Assembly (NCBI GenBank): GCA_050949525.1
Contig: JBMNFW010000001.1
Span: 207,890 to 271,889, forward strand
Length of the DNA stretch: 64,000 bases
From: Patescibacteria group bacterium
Lineage (GTDB): Bacteria; Patescibacteriota; Patescibacteriia; Patescibacteriales; UBA12465
Direction of reading: 5' to 3'
Shown: piece by piece, positions 34,974 to 44,519 of the stretch
Numbering within the stretch: the first letter of the stretch is position 1
How the letters are laid out: every line of letters begins with the position of its first letter
The notes under the pieces: generated by a model
Told to the model about the DNA's origin: nothing
Seen by the model: the letters and a program-made list of their open reading frames with translations, nothing else
Databases searched by the model: none
Made by a program: the position numbers and the translations under genes

Positions 34974-36206
34974 ATGAATAAAGTTGAATTATTAGCTCCG
35001 GCGGGAAATTTTTTAAAAATGCAAACAGCTTTAGCTCATGGAGCTGATGCAGTTTATCTTGGTATTCCTGATTTTTCTCTTCGAGTTAGGATTAATGATT
35101 TTAATTTAGAATCTTTAGCGACTGCTATTAATTATGTTCATAATAAGAAGAAAAAAATCTATATTACGGTTAATATTTTTGCTCATAATCATCATTTAAA
35201 GAGTTTACCTAGCTATTTAAAGAAAATAAATAAATTATCACCGGATGCTTTAATTATTTCTGATCCCGGAATTATAACTTTAGTACAAAAATATTGCCCT
35301 AAGATAGATATTCATTTGTCTACTCAAGCTAATTGTACTAATTATGAGGCGGTTAAATTTTGGTATCGTCAGGGGGTGCGACGAATAATATTAGGACGTG
35401 AAGTTTCCTTAGAGGAGATTAGAGAGATTAAGGAAAAATGTCCTAAGATGGAGCTCGAATACTTTGCTCATGGAGCGATGTGTATGGCTTATTCTGGACG
35501 TTGTTTTTTATCTAAGGAGTTAGTTGATCGTAGTGCTAATTTAGGTGATTGTGTTCAACCTTGTCGTTGGGAATATGATGTTATTTTACGAGCTAGCGGG
35601 CATCAGGAAGAATTTGAGTTAGTTAATGAGACTCATGGATCATATTTATTAAACTCTAAGGATCTTTGTTTAATTCAATATTTAAAAGATCTTAAGCGGG
35701 CTGGAGTTACTAGTTTTAAAATTGAGGGCCGGGCTAAAAGTGTTTATTATCTAGCTAATGTGGTTGGTATTTACAAAAAAGCTTTAAAAGAGCCAACTAA
35801 AGCTAAAGCTTTAGAACGAGAATTAAAAGAAAAGTTAACTCATCGAGGTTATACTACCGGATTTCTTGTAGGGAAGAAAGGAGAGCAGAATATTAATAAC
35901 TCTCATTTTATTCCTAGTTGGGAATTCTGCGGTCAGGTGATGAAGAGTCAAGTTAAAAAAACTAGTAAAGCTTATTTGAATAATATTTTAGTAAAAGTTC
36001 ATAATACTATTAAAGTTGGTGATACAGTGGAGATAGTTTCGCCGTATTATAAAGTGCTTAAGGTAAAAATTAAGAAGATTTTAGATTCAATTACTAAGAT
36101 TGAACTTCCGAAGGCTCATGGTGGCGGTGGGGGACAAGAAATAATACTTGAAGTTTCAGCTCCTTATAAAATAGCGGAGTTATCAGTTTTAAGAAGAAAA
36201 TTATGA
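34974..36206 (+). CDS. Peptidase U32 family protein
   Basis: U32 signature EYFAHGAMCMAYSGRCFLS, N-terminal ELLAPAG. Confidence 0.85.
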   Translation: MNKVELLAPAGNFLKMQTALAHGADAVYLGIPDFSLRVRINDFNLESLATAINYVHNKKKKIYITVNIFAHNHHLKSLPSYLKKINKLSPDALIISDPGIITLVQKYCPKIDIHLSTQANCTNYEAVKFWYRQGVRRIILGREVSLEEIREIKEKCPKMELEYFAHGAMCMAYSGRCFLSKELVDRSANLGDCVQPCRWEYDVILRASGHQEEFELVNETHGSYLLNSKDLCLIQYLKDLKRAGVTSFKIEGRAKSVYYLANVVGIYKKALKEPTKAKALERELKEKLTHRGYTTGFLVGKKGEQNINNSHFIPSWEFCGQVMKSQVKKTSKAYLNNILVKVHNTIKVGDTVEIVSPYYKVLKVKIKKILDSITKIELPKAHGGGGGQEIILEVSAPYKIAELSVLRRKL

Positions 36207-36775
36207 TTTCATATTTAAAGGGAAAAATTATTTTTAAACTAAAGGATCGAATTATTATTGAGGTAAATGACGTTGGTTATGCTGTTTTCTTAAGTGATAA
36301 TTTTTTACGGACAATAAAAGTTGGTCATATTCAAGAAATCTTTACTTATCAACATGTTAAAGAAGATATTTTAGCTTTATATGGCTTTAAAACTTTAGAT
36401 GAATTGGAGTTTTTTAATTTACTTTTAACAGTTTCTGGTATTGGCCCTAAATCAGCCATCGCTATCTTAGCCATTGCTTCTTTAGATGATATTAAAGAGT
36501 CTATTGTTAGAGGTGATTCTCATTTATTGGTTCAAGTTTCTGGTGTTGGTAAAAAAACAGCTGAGAGGTTAATTTTAGAATTAAAGGATAAAGTATATAA
36601 AATGGGGGGTGATTATGATTTATCAGGACCAGTTGTTCTTTTAGATGAAATTGAAGCTTTAGTAGCTTTGGGTTATAGTAATTTAGAGGCTCGCGAAGCT
36701 TTAAAGCAGGTCGATAATAGTGTTGTTGATAGTTCTGATCGAATTCGTCAAGCTTTAAAAAAATTATCTAAATAG
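36203..36775 (+). CDS. ruvA: Holliday junction DNA-binding protein RuvA
   Basis: MI.YL.G N-terminal OB domain, tandem HhH (VSGIGPKSA, VSGVGKKTAERL), C-terminal domain III. Confidence 0.9.
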   Translation: MISYLKGKIIFKLKDRIIIEVNDVGYAVFLSDNFLRTIKVGHIQEIFTYQHVKEDILALYGFKTLDELEFFNLLLTVSGIGPKSAIAILAIASLDDIKESIVRGDSHLLVQVSGVGKKTAERLILELKDKVYKMGGDYDLSGPVVLLDEIEALVALGYSNLEAREALKQVDNSVVDSSDRIRQALKKLSK

Positions 36776-36777
36776 TG

Positions 36778-36806
36778 TTTACAAAGGGATTTTTTTTGGT
36801 TATAGT
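36778..36806 (+). promoter_or_regulatory. Candidate promoter for proS (TTTACA-17 nt-TATAGT)
   Basis: TTTACA 36778-36783, 17-nt spacer, TATAGT 36801-36806. The -10 ends 8 nt before the ATG at 36815. Confidence 0.4.
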
Positions 36807-36814
36807 TATTTCAT

Positions 36815-38053
36815 ATGAAACAGTCTTTTTTATTTACTAAAACAATTAAAGATTTACCTAAAGATGAGAGTTCTTATAACGCTCAGATTTTAATTCAGGG
36901 TGGTTTTATTGATAAACTAGGGGCGGGAATTTATACTTTTTTACCTTTAGGATTGAGAGTTTTAAATAAAATTAATAATATTATCCGGGAGGAGATGGAG
37001 CGAGTGGGGGGGCAGGAAATTTTAATGCCCGCTCTAACCCCTAAAGATATTTGGCAAAAAACTGATCGTTGGGATAATTTCGATGCTTTATTTAAACTTT
37101 TAGGTTCAGATAATAAGGAGTATGCTTTAGGGGCTACTCATGAAGAGGTAGTGACTCCTTTAGCTCAGAATTTTACTCATTCTTGGCGTGATCTTCCTTT
37201 GTCTATTTTTCAGATTCAAACTAAGTTTCGTAATGAAAAAAGGGCTAAGGCCGGATTAATTAGAGGTCGAGAGTTTTTAATGAAGGATCTTTATTCTTTT
37301 CATAGTTCTGAAGAAGATTTGAATCAATATTATGAACAACTTATTAAAGCCTATTTTAAAATCTTTGAAAGATTAGGTTTAAAAGATATCACTTATTTAA
37401 CCTATGCCTCAGGTGGAGCTTTTTCACCTTATTCTCATGAATTTCAGACTTTATGTTCTTCAGGAGAGGATTTGATATATATTTGTGATAAATGTTCTAT
37501 AGCTATTAATCAAGAAATAATTGATGAACAAAAAATTTGTCCTGAATGTGGTGGATCTGACTTTAAAGAGGAAAAAGCAGTGGAGGTGGCTAATATTTTT
37601 AAATTAGGTACCAAATTCTCTAAAGCTTTTAGTCTTCATTATATTGATCAAGCTGGAGAAAAACAGGATGTTATTATGGGTTGCTATGGTATTGGTCCGA
37701 GCCGAGTTATGGGAACTATCGCCGAGGTTTGTCATGATGAAAAAGGAGTTAAATGGCCTCGAGAAATTGCGCCTTTTTCAATTCATTTAATATCATTAAA
37801 AGAAAATGAATCGGCAGAAAAAATTTATCAGGAATTAATGTCTAATAATTGGGAGGTTTTGTATGATGATAGAGATAATGTTTCTCATGGAGAAAAATTT
37901 GCTGATGCTGATTTGATTGGTTGTCCTCTTAGAATAGTGTTAAGTTCTAAAACTTTAGCTAAAAATCAAGTTGAGCTTAAATTTCGAGATCAGGATGAAT
38001 TAATTATGCTTGATATTAAAGAGTTATTAGATTATTTAAAGAAATATGTTTAA
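36815..38053 (+). CDS. proS: Prolyl-tRNA synthetase, bacterial-type core without the INS editing domain
   Basis: N-terminus and motif 2 (IFQIQTKFRNEKRAKAGLIRGREFLMKDLYSF) colinear with bacterial ProRS. Only about 60 aa lie between motifs 2 and 3, containing CDKC...CPEC. C-terminal anticodon-binding domain. Confidence 0.85.
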   Translation: MKQSFLFTKTIKDLPKDESSYNAQILIQGGFIDKLGAGIYTFLPLGLRVLNKINNIIREEMERVGGQEILMPALTPKDIWQKTDRWDNFDALFKLLGSDNKEYALGATHEEVVTPLAQNFTHSWRDLPLSIFQIQTKFRNEKRAKAGLIRGREFLMKDLYSFHSSEEDLNQYYEQLIKAYFKIFERLGLKDITYLTYASGGAFSPYSHEFQTLCSSGEDLIYICDKCSIAINQEIIDEQKICPECGGSDFKEEKAVEVANIFKLGTKFSKAFSLHYIDQAGEKQDVIMGCYGIGPSRVMGTIAEVCHDEKGVKWPREIAPFSIHLISLKENESAEKIYQELMSNNWEVLYDDRDNVSHGEKFADADLIGCPLRIVLSSKTLAKNQVELKFRDQDELIMLDIKELLDYLKKYV

Positions 38054-39089
38054 GATTTTTAATAAAATTGGAAAATTTGGTCAAGATGTCGTAATTGATT
38101 TAGGTACTAAAAATACCTTAGTTTATGTTAATAAAAAGGGAATAGTGGTTAATGAGCCGAGTGTGGTGGCTATTAATACCAAAACTGCTGAAATATTAGA
38201 GATTGGGCATGAAGCTAAAAAAATGGTAGGAAAAACTCCGGCCCATATTCAGGCTGTTAAGCCTTTAGTTGATGGGGTTATTTCTGATTTTGAGGTTACT
38301 GAAAAAATGCTTAAACATTTTATTAATCAGGTTCGAGGTGAGGGTTTTTCTTTAGCTCCGCGTCCTCGAGTTATTATTGGTATTCCTTTAGATATTACTG
38401 AGGTAGAAAAGAAGGCTGTAGAAGATGCGGCTAAATCAGCTGGGGCTCGAAAAGTCTTTTTAATTGAGGAGGTGATGGCAGCAGCTTTAGGAGCTGGATT
38501 ACCAGTGGATTCTCCGCGAGCTAATATGATAGTTGATATTGGGGGTGGAACTACCGATATCGCAGTTATTTCTTTGTCTGGTGTGGTTTCTTGGAAATCT
38601 TTGCGTCTAGCTGGAAATGAGTTGGATAATAATATTACTGATTATGTGCGAGATAATTTTAATGTTTTAATCGGAGAACAGTTAGCTGAGAGAGTAAAAA
38701 TTAATTTAGCTTCAGTTCTTCCTTTTGATGAAGATCGTTCTATGGAGATTAGAGGTCGAGATTTAATTAATGGTTTACCGACAGCTATTGTTATTACTGA
38801 TGTTCAAGTTCGAGAAGCTATTAAGAGAACTATTATTAAAATAATTGAGAATATTAAATTAACTTTAGAAGAAACTCCACCGGAATTAGTTGCTGATATT
38901 TATGAGCATGGTTTGTATTTAAGTGGTGGTGGAGCTCTGCTTTATGGTTTAGATAAATTAATATCTAAAGCTACTAAAATACCAGTAATTTTGGTTGAAG
39001 ATCCCTTGTCAGCTATTGTTCGAGGAGCGGGGGAGCTTTTTTCTAATGAAGAATTATTAAAGAAGATTAGCTCTAATGTAAGTGTTTAG
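38046..39089 (+). CDS. mreB: Rod-shape-determining actin homologue MreB
   Basis: IDLGT.NT, EPSVVA, DIGGGTTD, LSGGGALL motifs. Followed by mreC and mreD. Confidence 0.95.
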   Translation: MFKIFNKIGKFGQDVVIDLGTKNTLVYVNKKGIVVNEPSVVAINTKTAEILEIGHEAKKMVGKTPAHIQAVKPLVDGVISDFEVTEKMLKHFINQVRGEGFSLAPRPRVIIGIPLDITEVEKKAVEDAAKSAGARKVFLIEEVMAAALGAGLPVDSPRANMIVDIGGGTTDIAVISLSGVVSWKSLRLAGNELDNNITDYVRDNFNVLIGEQLAERVKINLASVLPFDEDRSMEIRGRDLINGLPTAIVITDVQVREAIKRTIIKIIENIKLTLEETPPELVADIYEHGLYLSGGGALLYGLDKLISKATKIPVILVEDPLSAIVRGAGELFSNEELLKKISSNVSV

Positions 39090-39095
39090 TCGATT

Positions 39096-39902
39096 ATGAG
39101 TTTTATAAAGAATAAAAAGTTTTATAAATTTTTTTTAGCAGTGATAGTACTGCTTGTTTTTTTAAATATTATCGGATTTTCTTCTTGGGGACAACGGATT
39201 TTTTTTAAGATAGTTTATCCAGAAAGTTTTTTTATTAAAAATTTTACTTCTTTCTCTTTATTAGATACTAAATCTCGAAAATCTTTAATTAAAGATTTAA
39301 GAGAATTAGAAAAAAAAGTAGAGTCCAACCAAGTAGATTTAGCGCAACTTGATTCCTTGAGAAAAGAAAATGAAAAATTACGACAATATCTAAATTTTTT
39401 TGAAGAAAAGAATTATGATTATGTTTTAGCTCGAGTTTTATGGTCGGAAAATTTATTAAATTTAAGTACTTATAATCAAAATATAGTAATTGATAAAGGG
39501 AAAAAAGATGGACTTCGGGCGGGCTTAGTAGTTATTAATGAGTCTGGGGTAGTAGTAGGTAAGGTTATTGAGGTTAATGATAGTAGCTCTCGGGTTTGTT
39601 TGGTTAATAATAATTTTTGTAAAATAGCCGTTAGTATAAATAATCCTAGCTCTAGTTCTGGATTAGCGGAAGGAGATTTGGGTTTATCTATTAAACTTAA
39701 TTTTATTCCTCAAAATGAAGAAGTTCAGGTGGGTGATTTATTATTAAGTTCTGGGTTAGAGAGAGATATTCCTGCTGGATTAGCGGTAGCTCGAATTAAT
39801 AATGTCGAACAGAAGGTGAATGATATTTGGCAAAAAATTAATGCTGAAGCTCTTTTTAATATTAATAATTTAAATATAGTTTCAGTAATTATTCCTAGAT
39901 AA
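39096..39902 (+). CDS. mreC: Rod-shape-determining protein MreC
   Basis: N-terminal TM helix, coiled coil (LRKENEKLRQ), beta-barrel region (GKKDG...G..V....G.VGKV). Confidence 0.8.
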   Translation: MSFIKNKKFYKFFLAVIVLLVFLNIIGFSSWGQRIFFKIVYPESFFIKNFTSFSLLDTKSRKSLIKDLRELEKKVESNQVDLAQLDSLRKENEKLRQYLNFFEEKNYDYVLARVLWSENLLNLSTYNQNIVIDKGKKDGLRAGLVVINESGVVVGKVIEVNDSSSRVCLVNNNFCKIAVSINNPSSSSGLAEGDLGLSIKLNFIPQNEEVQVGDLLLSSGLERDIPAGLAVARINNVEQKVNDIWQKINAEALFNINNLNIVSVIIPR

Positions 39903-39903
39903 C

Positions 39904-40440
39904 ATGAATCAATACAAGAAAATCATTTATTTTTTTATTTTATCATTATTGGTGGTGGTTTTACAGTTTTCATTTTTTAATACTTTAAGTTTTTCTTTGT
40001 TTAGAATAAATTTAGCGCTTTTTTTAGTTATTTGGTATTTTATTTTTAAGGATTTTAATTCCAGTGTTTTATTAGCTTTATTTTTAGGTCTTTTTTTAGA
40101 TCTTTTTTCTTTTTCTTTTTTTGGTGCTTATATTATATCCTTTTTATTAACTCTAATTATAGCTAAGTTGGCCTGGAATAACCTTTTTACTAATCGTTCA
40201 GTTTATTCTTTTTCTTTAATGACAGTTATTTTTGCTTTATTTTTCAATCTTTTTCTTTATTTATTTATTTTTTTGGGCGAGAGTAGTTTTTTTGGTCTTT
40301 GGTGGTTTAATAAATTTTTTTGGTTTAATCTTTTAGTAGAGATTTTTTATTTAAATCTTGGGATTATTATCTCCTTTTATCTTATTGGTTCTAAGCAAAG
40401 TTTCCGTGGGACTTTAGTTTTTGATAAAAATAAATTTTAA
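39904..40440 (+). CDS. mreD: Polytopic membrane protein in the MreD position
   Basis: 178 aa, five hydrophobic segments, immediately after mreC. Assignment is mainly by synteny. Confidence 0.55.
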   Translation: MNQYKKIIYFFILSLLVVVLQFSFFNTLSFSLFRINLALFLVIWYFIFKDFNSSVLLALFLGLFLDLFSFSFFGAYIISFLLTLIIAKLAWNNLFTNRSVYSFSLMTVIFALFFNLFLYLFIFLGESSFFGLWWFNKFFWFNLLVEIFYLNLGIIISFYLIGSKQSFRGTLVFDKNKF

Positions 40441-40455
40441 TGGTATAATTATCAT

Positions 40456-41436
40456 ATGAAATATGATTTTTTAAGTATTGGGGGAATGACCGAAGATTTA
40501 GTTTTTTTTACTGATGAAGGCATTCTTCTAGATAATAAAGATGATATTTTACGGCAGAAGCTTTTAGCTTTTGAGTATGGAGCTAAGATAAACAGTCAGA
40601 ATCTTTTTTCTTATTTTGGCGGTGGAGCGTCTAATACTGCTGTTAACTTTGCCGGCTTAGGGTTTAGAGTAGCCTGCTTAGCTAATTTAGGTAAGGATGA
40701 GAGGGCTAAGTTGATAATTAAGAATTTAAAAGATAAAGGGATTGATACTAGTTTGATTAGTTTTGATCAGAAAAAATCTTCTGGCCTTTCTTTTATTGTG
40801 AATAATAAGAAAGATCGAATTATTTTTACTTATCGAGGCGCTAATGATAGTTTGGTTATTTCCAGTCGTCAAGCGGCGATTATTAAAAAAGCTGAGTGGA
40901 CCTATTTAAGTTCTTTACCATTAAAGCCTAAAAGTAATTTAGAGGTGATATTTAAGAATAAGAATAAGATAGCTTGGAATCCGAGCTTATCTCAGTTATC
41001 TAAAGGCTTTAGTTTTTTGGCTAGTTTTTTAAAGAACACTGATATTTTTATTGTTAACAAGGATGAGGCTTTAGAGATTATAACTAAAAGCCAGGGTTTT
41101 TCTCATTTTACTAATGATTTTTTGAATCGTCCCCGAAATTTAGTGAAGATATTAAAAGAACAGGGACCTGATAAAATTATTTTAACTGATGGAACTAAGG
41201 GGGCCTATTTTTTTGATGGCTCTAATTTTCATCATCAAGGAATTATTAAAAATCAGAATAGAGTTGATTCAACCGGAGTTGGGGATGCTTTTGCTTCCAC
41301 AGTGGTAGCTACTTTATTTAAATATCAGGGTGATTATAAAAAGGCGATGTATTTGGGGGTAAAAAATGTAGCTTCTATGATATCTCAGCCGGGAGCTCAG
41401 AATGGATTATTAAAATTAAAAGATTTAATAAAATAA
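40456..41436 (+). CDS. PfkB-family carbohydrate kinase (ribokinase-like)
   Basis: GGGASN N-terminal motif and DSTGVGDAF ATP-site motif. Confidence 0.8.
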   Translation: MKYDFLSIGGMTEDLVFFTDEGILLDNKDDILRQKLLAFEYGAKINSQNLFSYFGGGASNTAVNFAGLGFRVACLANLGKDERAKLIIKNLKDKGIDTSLISFDQKKSSGLSFIVNNKKDRIIFTYRGANDSLVISSRQAAIIKKAEWTYLSSLPLKPKSNLEVIFKNKNKIAWNPSLSQLSKGFSFLASFLKNTDIFIVNKDEALEIITKSQGFSHFTNDFLNRPRNLVKILKEQGPDKIILTDGTKGAYFFDGSNFHHQGIIKNQNRVDSTGVGDAFASTVVATLFKYQGDYKKAMYLGVKNVASMISQPGAQNGLLKLKDLIK

Positions 41437-41457
41437 TTATAATTAACTTATAGTATT

Positions 41458-41895
41458 ATGAAAAGTGTTTTTATTATCGAAGATGATATTAATATCCTTT
41501 ATGGTTTAAGGGATCTTTTTGCTTCTAATGACTATGAAGTTAGAACTAGTGACGCCAATGATAGTTTGGAGAACTTATTGGATCAAATGAGGAAGTTTAA
41601 GCCCCGAATTATTATTTTAGATTTAGTTTTACCTAAGTTAGATGGTTTAGAAATAGTTAGAAAAATAAAAGAAGATGATGCTTTAACTTCTTCTGAAATA
41701 TTTATTTTTACTGATTTAAGTGATGAAGATGGTCGAAGTCGAAGTGTTGGTTTAGGGGCCAATTATTATTTTGTTAAAAATGAGTTTGATATTTATTCTT
41801 TTGCTAATCGTATTATGAGAATTATGGATAGAGACGATAAGCATTTTGAAGAAGAGGATCAAGATGATAATTTTGATGATTTAGTAATGAATTAA
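41458..41895 (+). CDS. Stand-alone response-regulator receiver domain with acidic tail
   Basis: IIEDD acidic pocket, phospho-acceptor context IILDLVLPKLDG, FIFTD, YYFVK. No output domain. Confidence 0.8.
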   Translation: MKSVFIIEDDINILYGLRDLFASNDYEVRTSDANDSLENLLDQMRKFKPRIIILDLVLPKLDGLEIVRKIKEDDALTSSEIFIFTDLSDEDGRSRSVGLGANYYFVKNEFDIYSFANRIMRIMDRDDKHFEEEDQDDNFDDLVMN

Positions 41896-41896
41896 A

Positions 41897-43801
41897 ATGA
41901 AAAGATTTAAAAAAATTATTTTTATTGTTTTACCTTTGGTTTTAATAATAGCTTTTTTTCTTTTTTCTTATTTTAAAAAAGAAAAGCCTGAATATTTAAC
42001 GGTAGTATTAGAGCGAAATGATTTAAAACAAAGTGTTAGTGAAATTGGAACAGTTAAGGCTAGTCAGGAACTAGCTTTAAGTTTTTCTCAAGTTGGTCAA
42101 TTGAAGGAACTTTATGTAGCGGTGGGGGATTTAGTGGAAGAAGGGCAAGTTTTAGCTGAACTTGATTATGGGTCTTGGTTAATAAAAAGAGATGAGGCTC
42201 AAGCGGCTCTTAATATTGCTCAAATTAATCAAGATAAGTTAATTAAAGGAGCTTTACCAGAGGATATTGCTGTTTTGGAATCTCAACTTAGACAGGCTGA
42301 GAGTGCTTATCGCTCTGCTCAAGTCGATTTAGATCAAAGTAAAAAAATTGTTTCTGAAAATAGGCGTCAAGCTGAAAAAACTTTAAATGATCTTCGGGCT
42401 AGTGAATCTGAGGTTCCGATGCCGATTAAACAAGCTATTAAAATTGCTGAGACCAATTTAGACAACACTAAGAAAAATGGTCAGCAAACTATTAATAATA
42501 GTAAAGAGTTGTTGTTATCTTCTTTGGATTATAATTTATCAGTACTTCGTTCTTCTTTAGATTCGGTTCAAAGAATTGTAAGTGATGAGGATATAAAACA
42601 TGTTTTTAGTGTTCAAAATTATGTTTATAAAACCGAAGTTTTTAATTTATATCAACAAGCGATAGATCATTGGCCTGAAATAGAATCAAAGGTTAGAGCT
42701 CTTCGATCTAATTCCGATAATATTGAAGAAGTTTCTAATCATTTATTATCTTCTCTACAAGATACTTTTTATTTATTAGAAGTTTGTTTTTATGCTTTAG
42801 AAAATACTATTACTTCTTTTGATTTTACTCAGATAACTTTAGATAATTTTAAAAATATTATTAATACTAATAAAAATCAGATTAATGCTTCGATTTCTAA
42901 TTTACAGAATTCTAATTTTAATTATAGTAATTCAATTTTAGCTTATCACACGAATTTATCTAGTGCTCAAGATGCTTTAAGGCAGGCTCAGGTGAATTTA
43001 AGCGATGCGATTTCTAAGGCGGAAGATAATTTAAGATTAATTATAGTTAGTGGGGAACAACAAACATCTTTAGCAGAGGGAAGATTAGATTCAGCTCAGA
43101 AAGCTTATGATCTAGCTCGGATTAATTTAAATAGATTAAAGACTCCAGCTAATATTGATGATAGGAAATTAGCTCAATCTCAATTAGATCAAGCTATGTC
43201 TAATTTAGAGATGATTGAAAAACAAATTGAGGAAAATCAAATTAAAGCTCCAATTGTTGGCCAGGTGACTAAAATTAATTATGAAATTGGTGAACAGATT
43301 AGTGGTTTAGATCCAGTCATTAGTTTGTTAACAGAAAATAATTTTGAAATTGAGATATATGTTGCCGAATCTGATATATCTAAGTTAGAAATTAATAATG
43401 AAGCTTTAATTACTTTTGATGCTTTAGATGATGATTATCAATTATTAGGTAGGGTTTATTTTATTGAGCCAGCTGCTACCTCTATTTCTGATGTGATATA
43501 TTATAAAGTAAAAATTGAGCTAGATTTAAGCGATTCTGATTTTTCTTTAATTAAATCTGGCATGACAGCTAATGTTGATATTATTACTAATTTTAAAAAG
43601 CAAGTCTTTACTTTACCACTTCGAGCTGTTTTGAGTCGTGATAATGGTGATCGATATGTTCGAGTCTTAGAAAGTAAGGATCTTAAAGAGGTTTCAGTTC
43701 AAGTGGGCTTATCTGGTGATCAAGGTCTAGTTGAAGTTATTTCTAATGAATTACAAGAGGGAGATTTGATTGTGACTTTGATTAAAAACAACGGTTCTTA
43801 A
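41897..43801 (+). CDS. HlyD/MacA-family membrane-fusion adaptor with about 355-aa helical insert
   Basis: N-terminal TM helix. Split lipoyl-like domain (VGDLVEEGQVLAELD at about aa 76-90 and IKAPIVGQVTKI at about aa 449). Beta-barrel and membrane-proximal domains at the C-terminus. Confidence 0.75.
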   Translation: MKRFKKIIFIVLPLVLIIAFFLFSYFKKEKPEYLTVVLERNDLKQSVSEIGTVKASQELALSFSQVGQLKELYVAVGDLVEEGQVLAELDYGSWLIKRDEAQAALNIAQINQDKLIKGALPEDIAVLESQLRQAESAYRSAQVDLDQSKKIVSENRRQAEKTLNDLRASESEVPMPIKQAIKIAETNLDNTKKNGQQTINNSKELLLSSLDYNLSVLRSSLDSVQRIVSDEDIKHVFSVQNYVYKTEVFNLYQQAIDHWPEIESKVRALRSNSDNIEEVSNHLLSSLQDTFYLLEVCFYALENTITSFDFTQITLDNFKNIINTNKNQINASISNLQNSNFNYSNSILAYHTNLSSAQDALRQAQVNLSDAISKAEDNLRLIIVSGEQQTSLAEGRLDSAQKAYDLARINLNRLKTPANIDDRKLAQSQLDQAMSNLEMIEKQIEENQIKAPIVGQVTKINYEIGEQISGLDPVISLLTENNFEIEIYVAESDISKLEINNEALITFDALDDDYQLLGRVYFIEPAATSISDVIYYKVKIELDLSDSDFSLIKSGMTANVDIITNFKKQVFTLPLRAVLSRDNGDRYVRVLESKDLKEVSVQVGLSGDQGLVEVISNELQEGDLIVTLIKNNGS

Positions 43802-43805
43802 TTTT

Positions 43806-44519
43806 ATGTTAATTAAAGTTTCGAATTTAAAAAAAGAATATCATTCTGGAGATTTGGTGACCAAAGTTTTACGAGGGGTTTCTTTTGTGGTTGAAAAAGG
43901 TGAATTTGTTTCTATTATGGGTCCCTCTGGTTCAGGAAAGTCAACTTTGATGCATATTTTAGGGCTTTTAGATCGCCTTAGTAGCGGCTCTTATTTTTTT
44001 GCTGGTCAAGATGTTAGTTCTATGAACGATAATGAGTTAGCGTCTTTTCGTAATGAAAAAATTGGTTTTGTATTTCAATCTTTTAATCTTTTAAGTCGAA
44101 CTAGCGTTTTAGATAATGTTATATTACCTTTGAGTTATTCGAATAATAGGAAGAATATGACAGAACGAGCTAAGAAAGTTTTAGTAGAGGTGGGACTAGG
44201 TCATCGTTTAAATTATTATACTAATCAAATTTCAGGTGGTGAAAAACAACGAGTAGCTATTGCTCGAGCTTTAGTTAATGAGCCTTCTATTATTTTAGCT
44301 GATGAGCCTACGGGAAATCTTGATTCTAAGTCTGGAATTCAGATTATGCAGATATTGCAGAGATTAAATGATGCGGGTAATACTATTATTTTAGTTACTC
44401 ACGAAACCTATACCGCTGAACATGCTAAAAGGATTATTCAAATTAGAGATGGATTAATTGTGGGTGATGAAAAGGTAAAGGATAGGCGAATAGCTCAGAT
44501 TGGATCTAAGCTTAAATAA
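43806..44519 (+). CDS. MacB/LolD-type ABC transporter ATP-binding protein
   Basis: Walker [10 protein letters not shown], signature [15 protein letters not shown], Walker [12 protein letters not shown]. Confidence 0.9.
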   Translation: MLIKVSNLKKEYHSGDLVTKVLRGVSFVVEKGEFVSIMGPSGSGKSTLMHILGLLDRLSSGSYFFAGQDVSSMNDNELASFRNEKIGFVFQSFNLLSRTSVLDNVILPLSYSNNRKNMTERAKKVLVEVGLGHRLNYYTNQISGGEKQRVAIARALVNEPSIILADEPTGNLDSKSGIQIMQILQRLNDAGNTIILVTHETYTAEHAKRIIQIRDGLIVGDEKVKDRRIAQIGSKLK

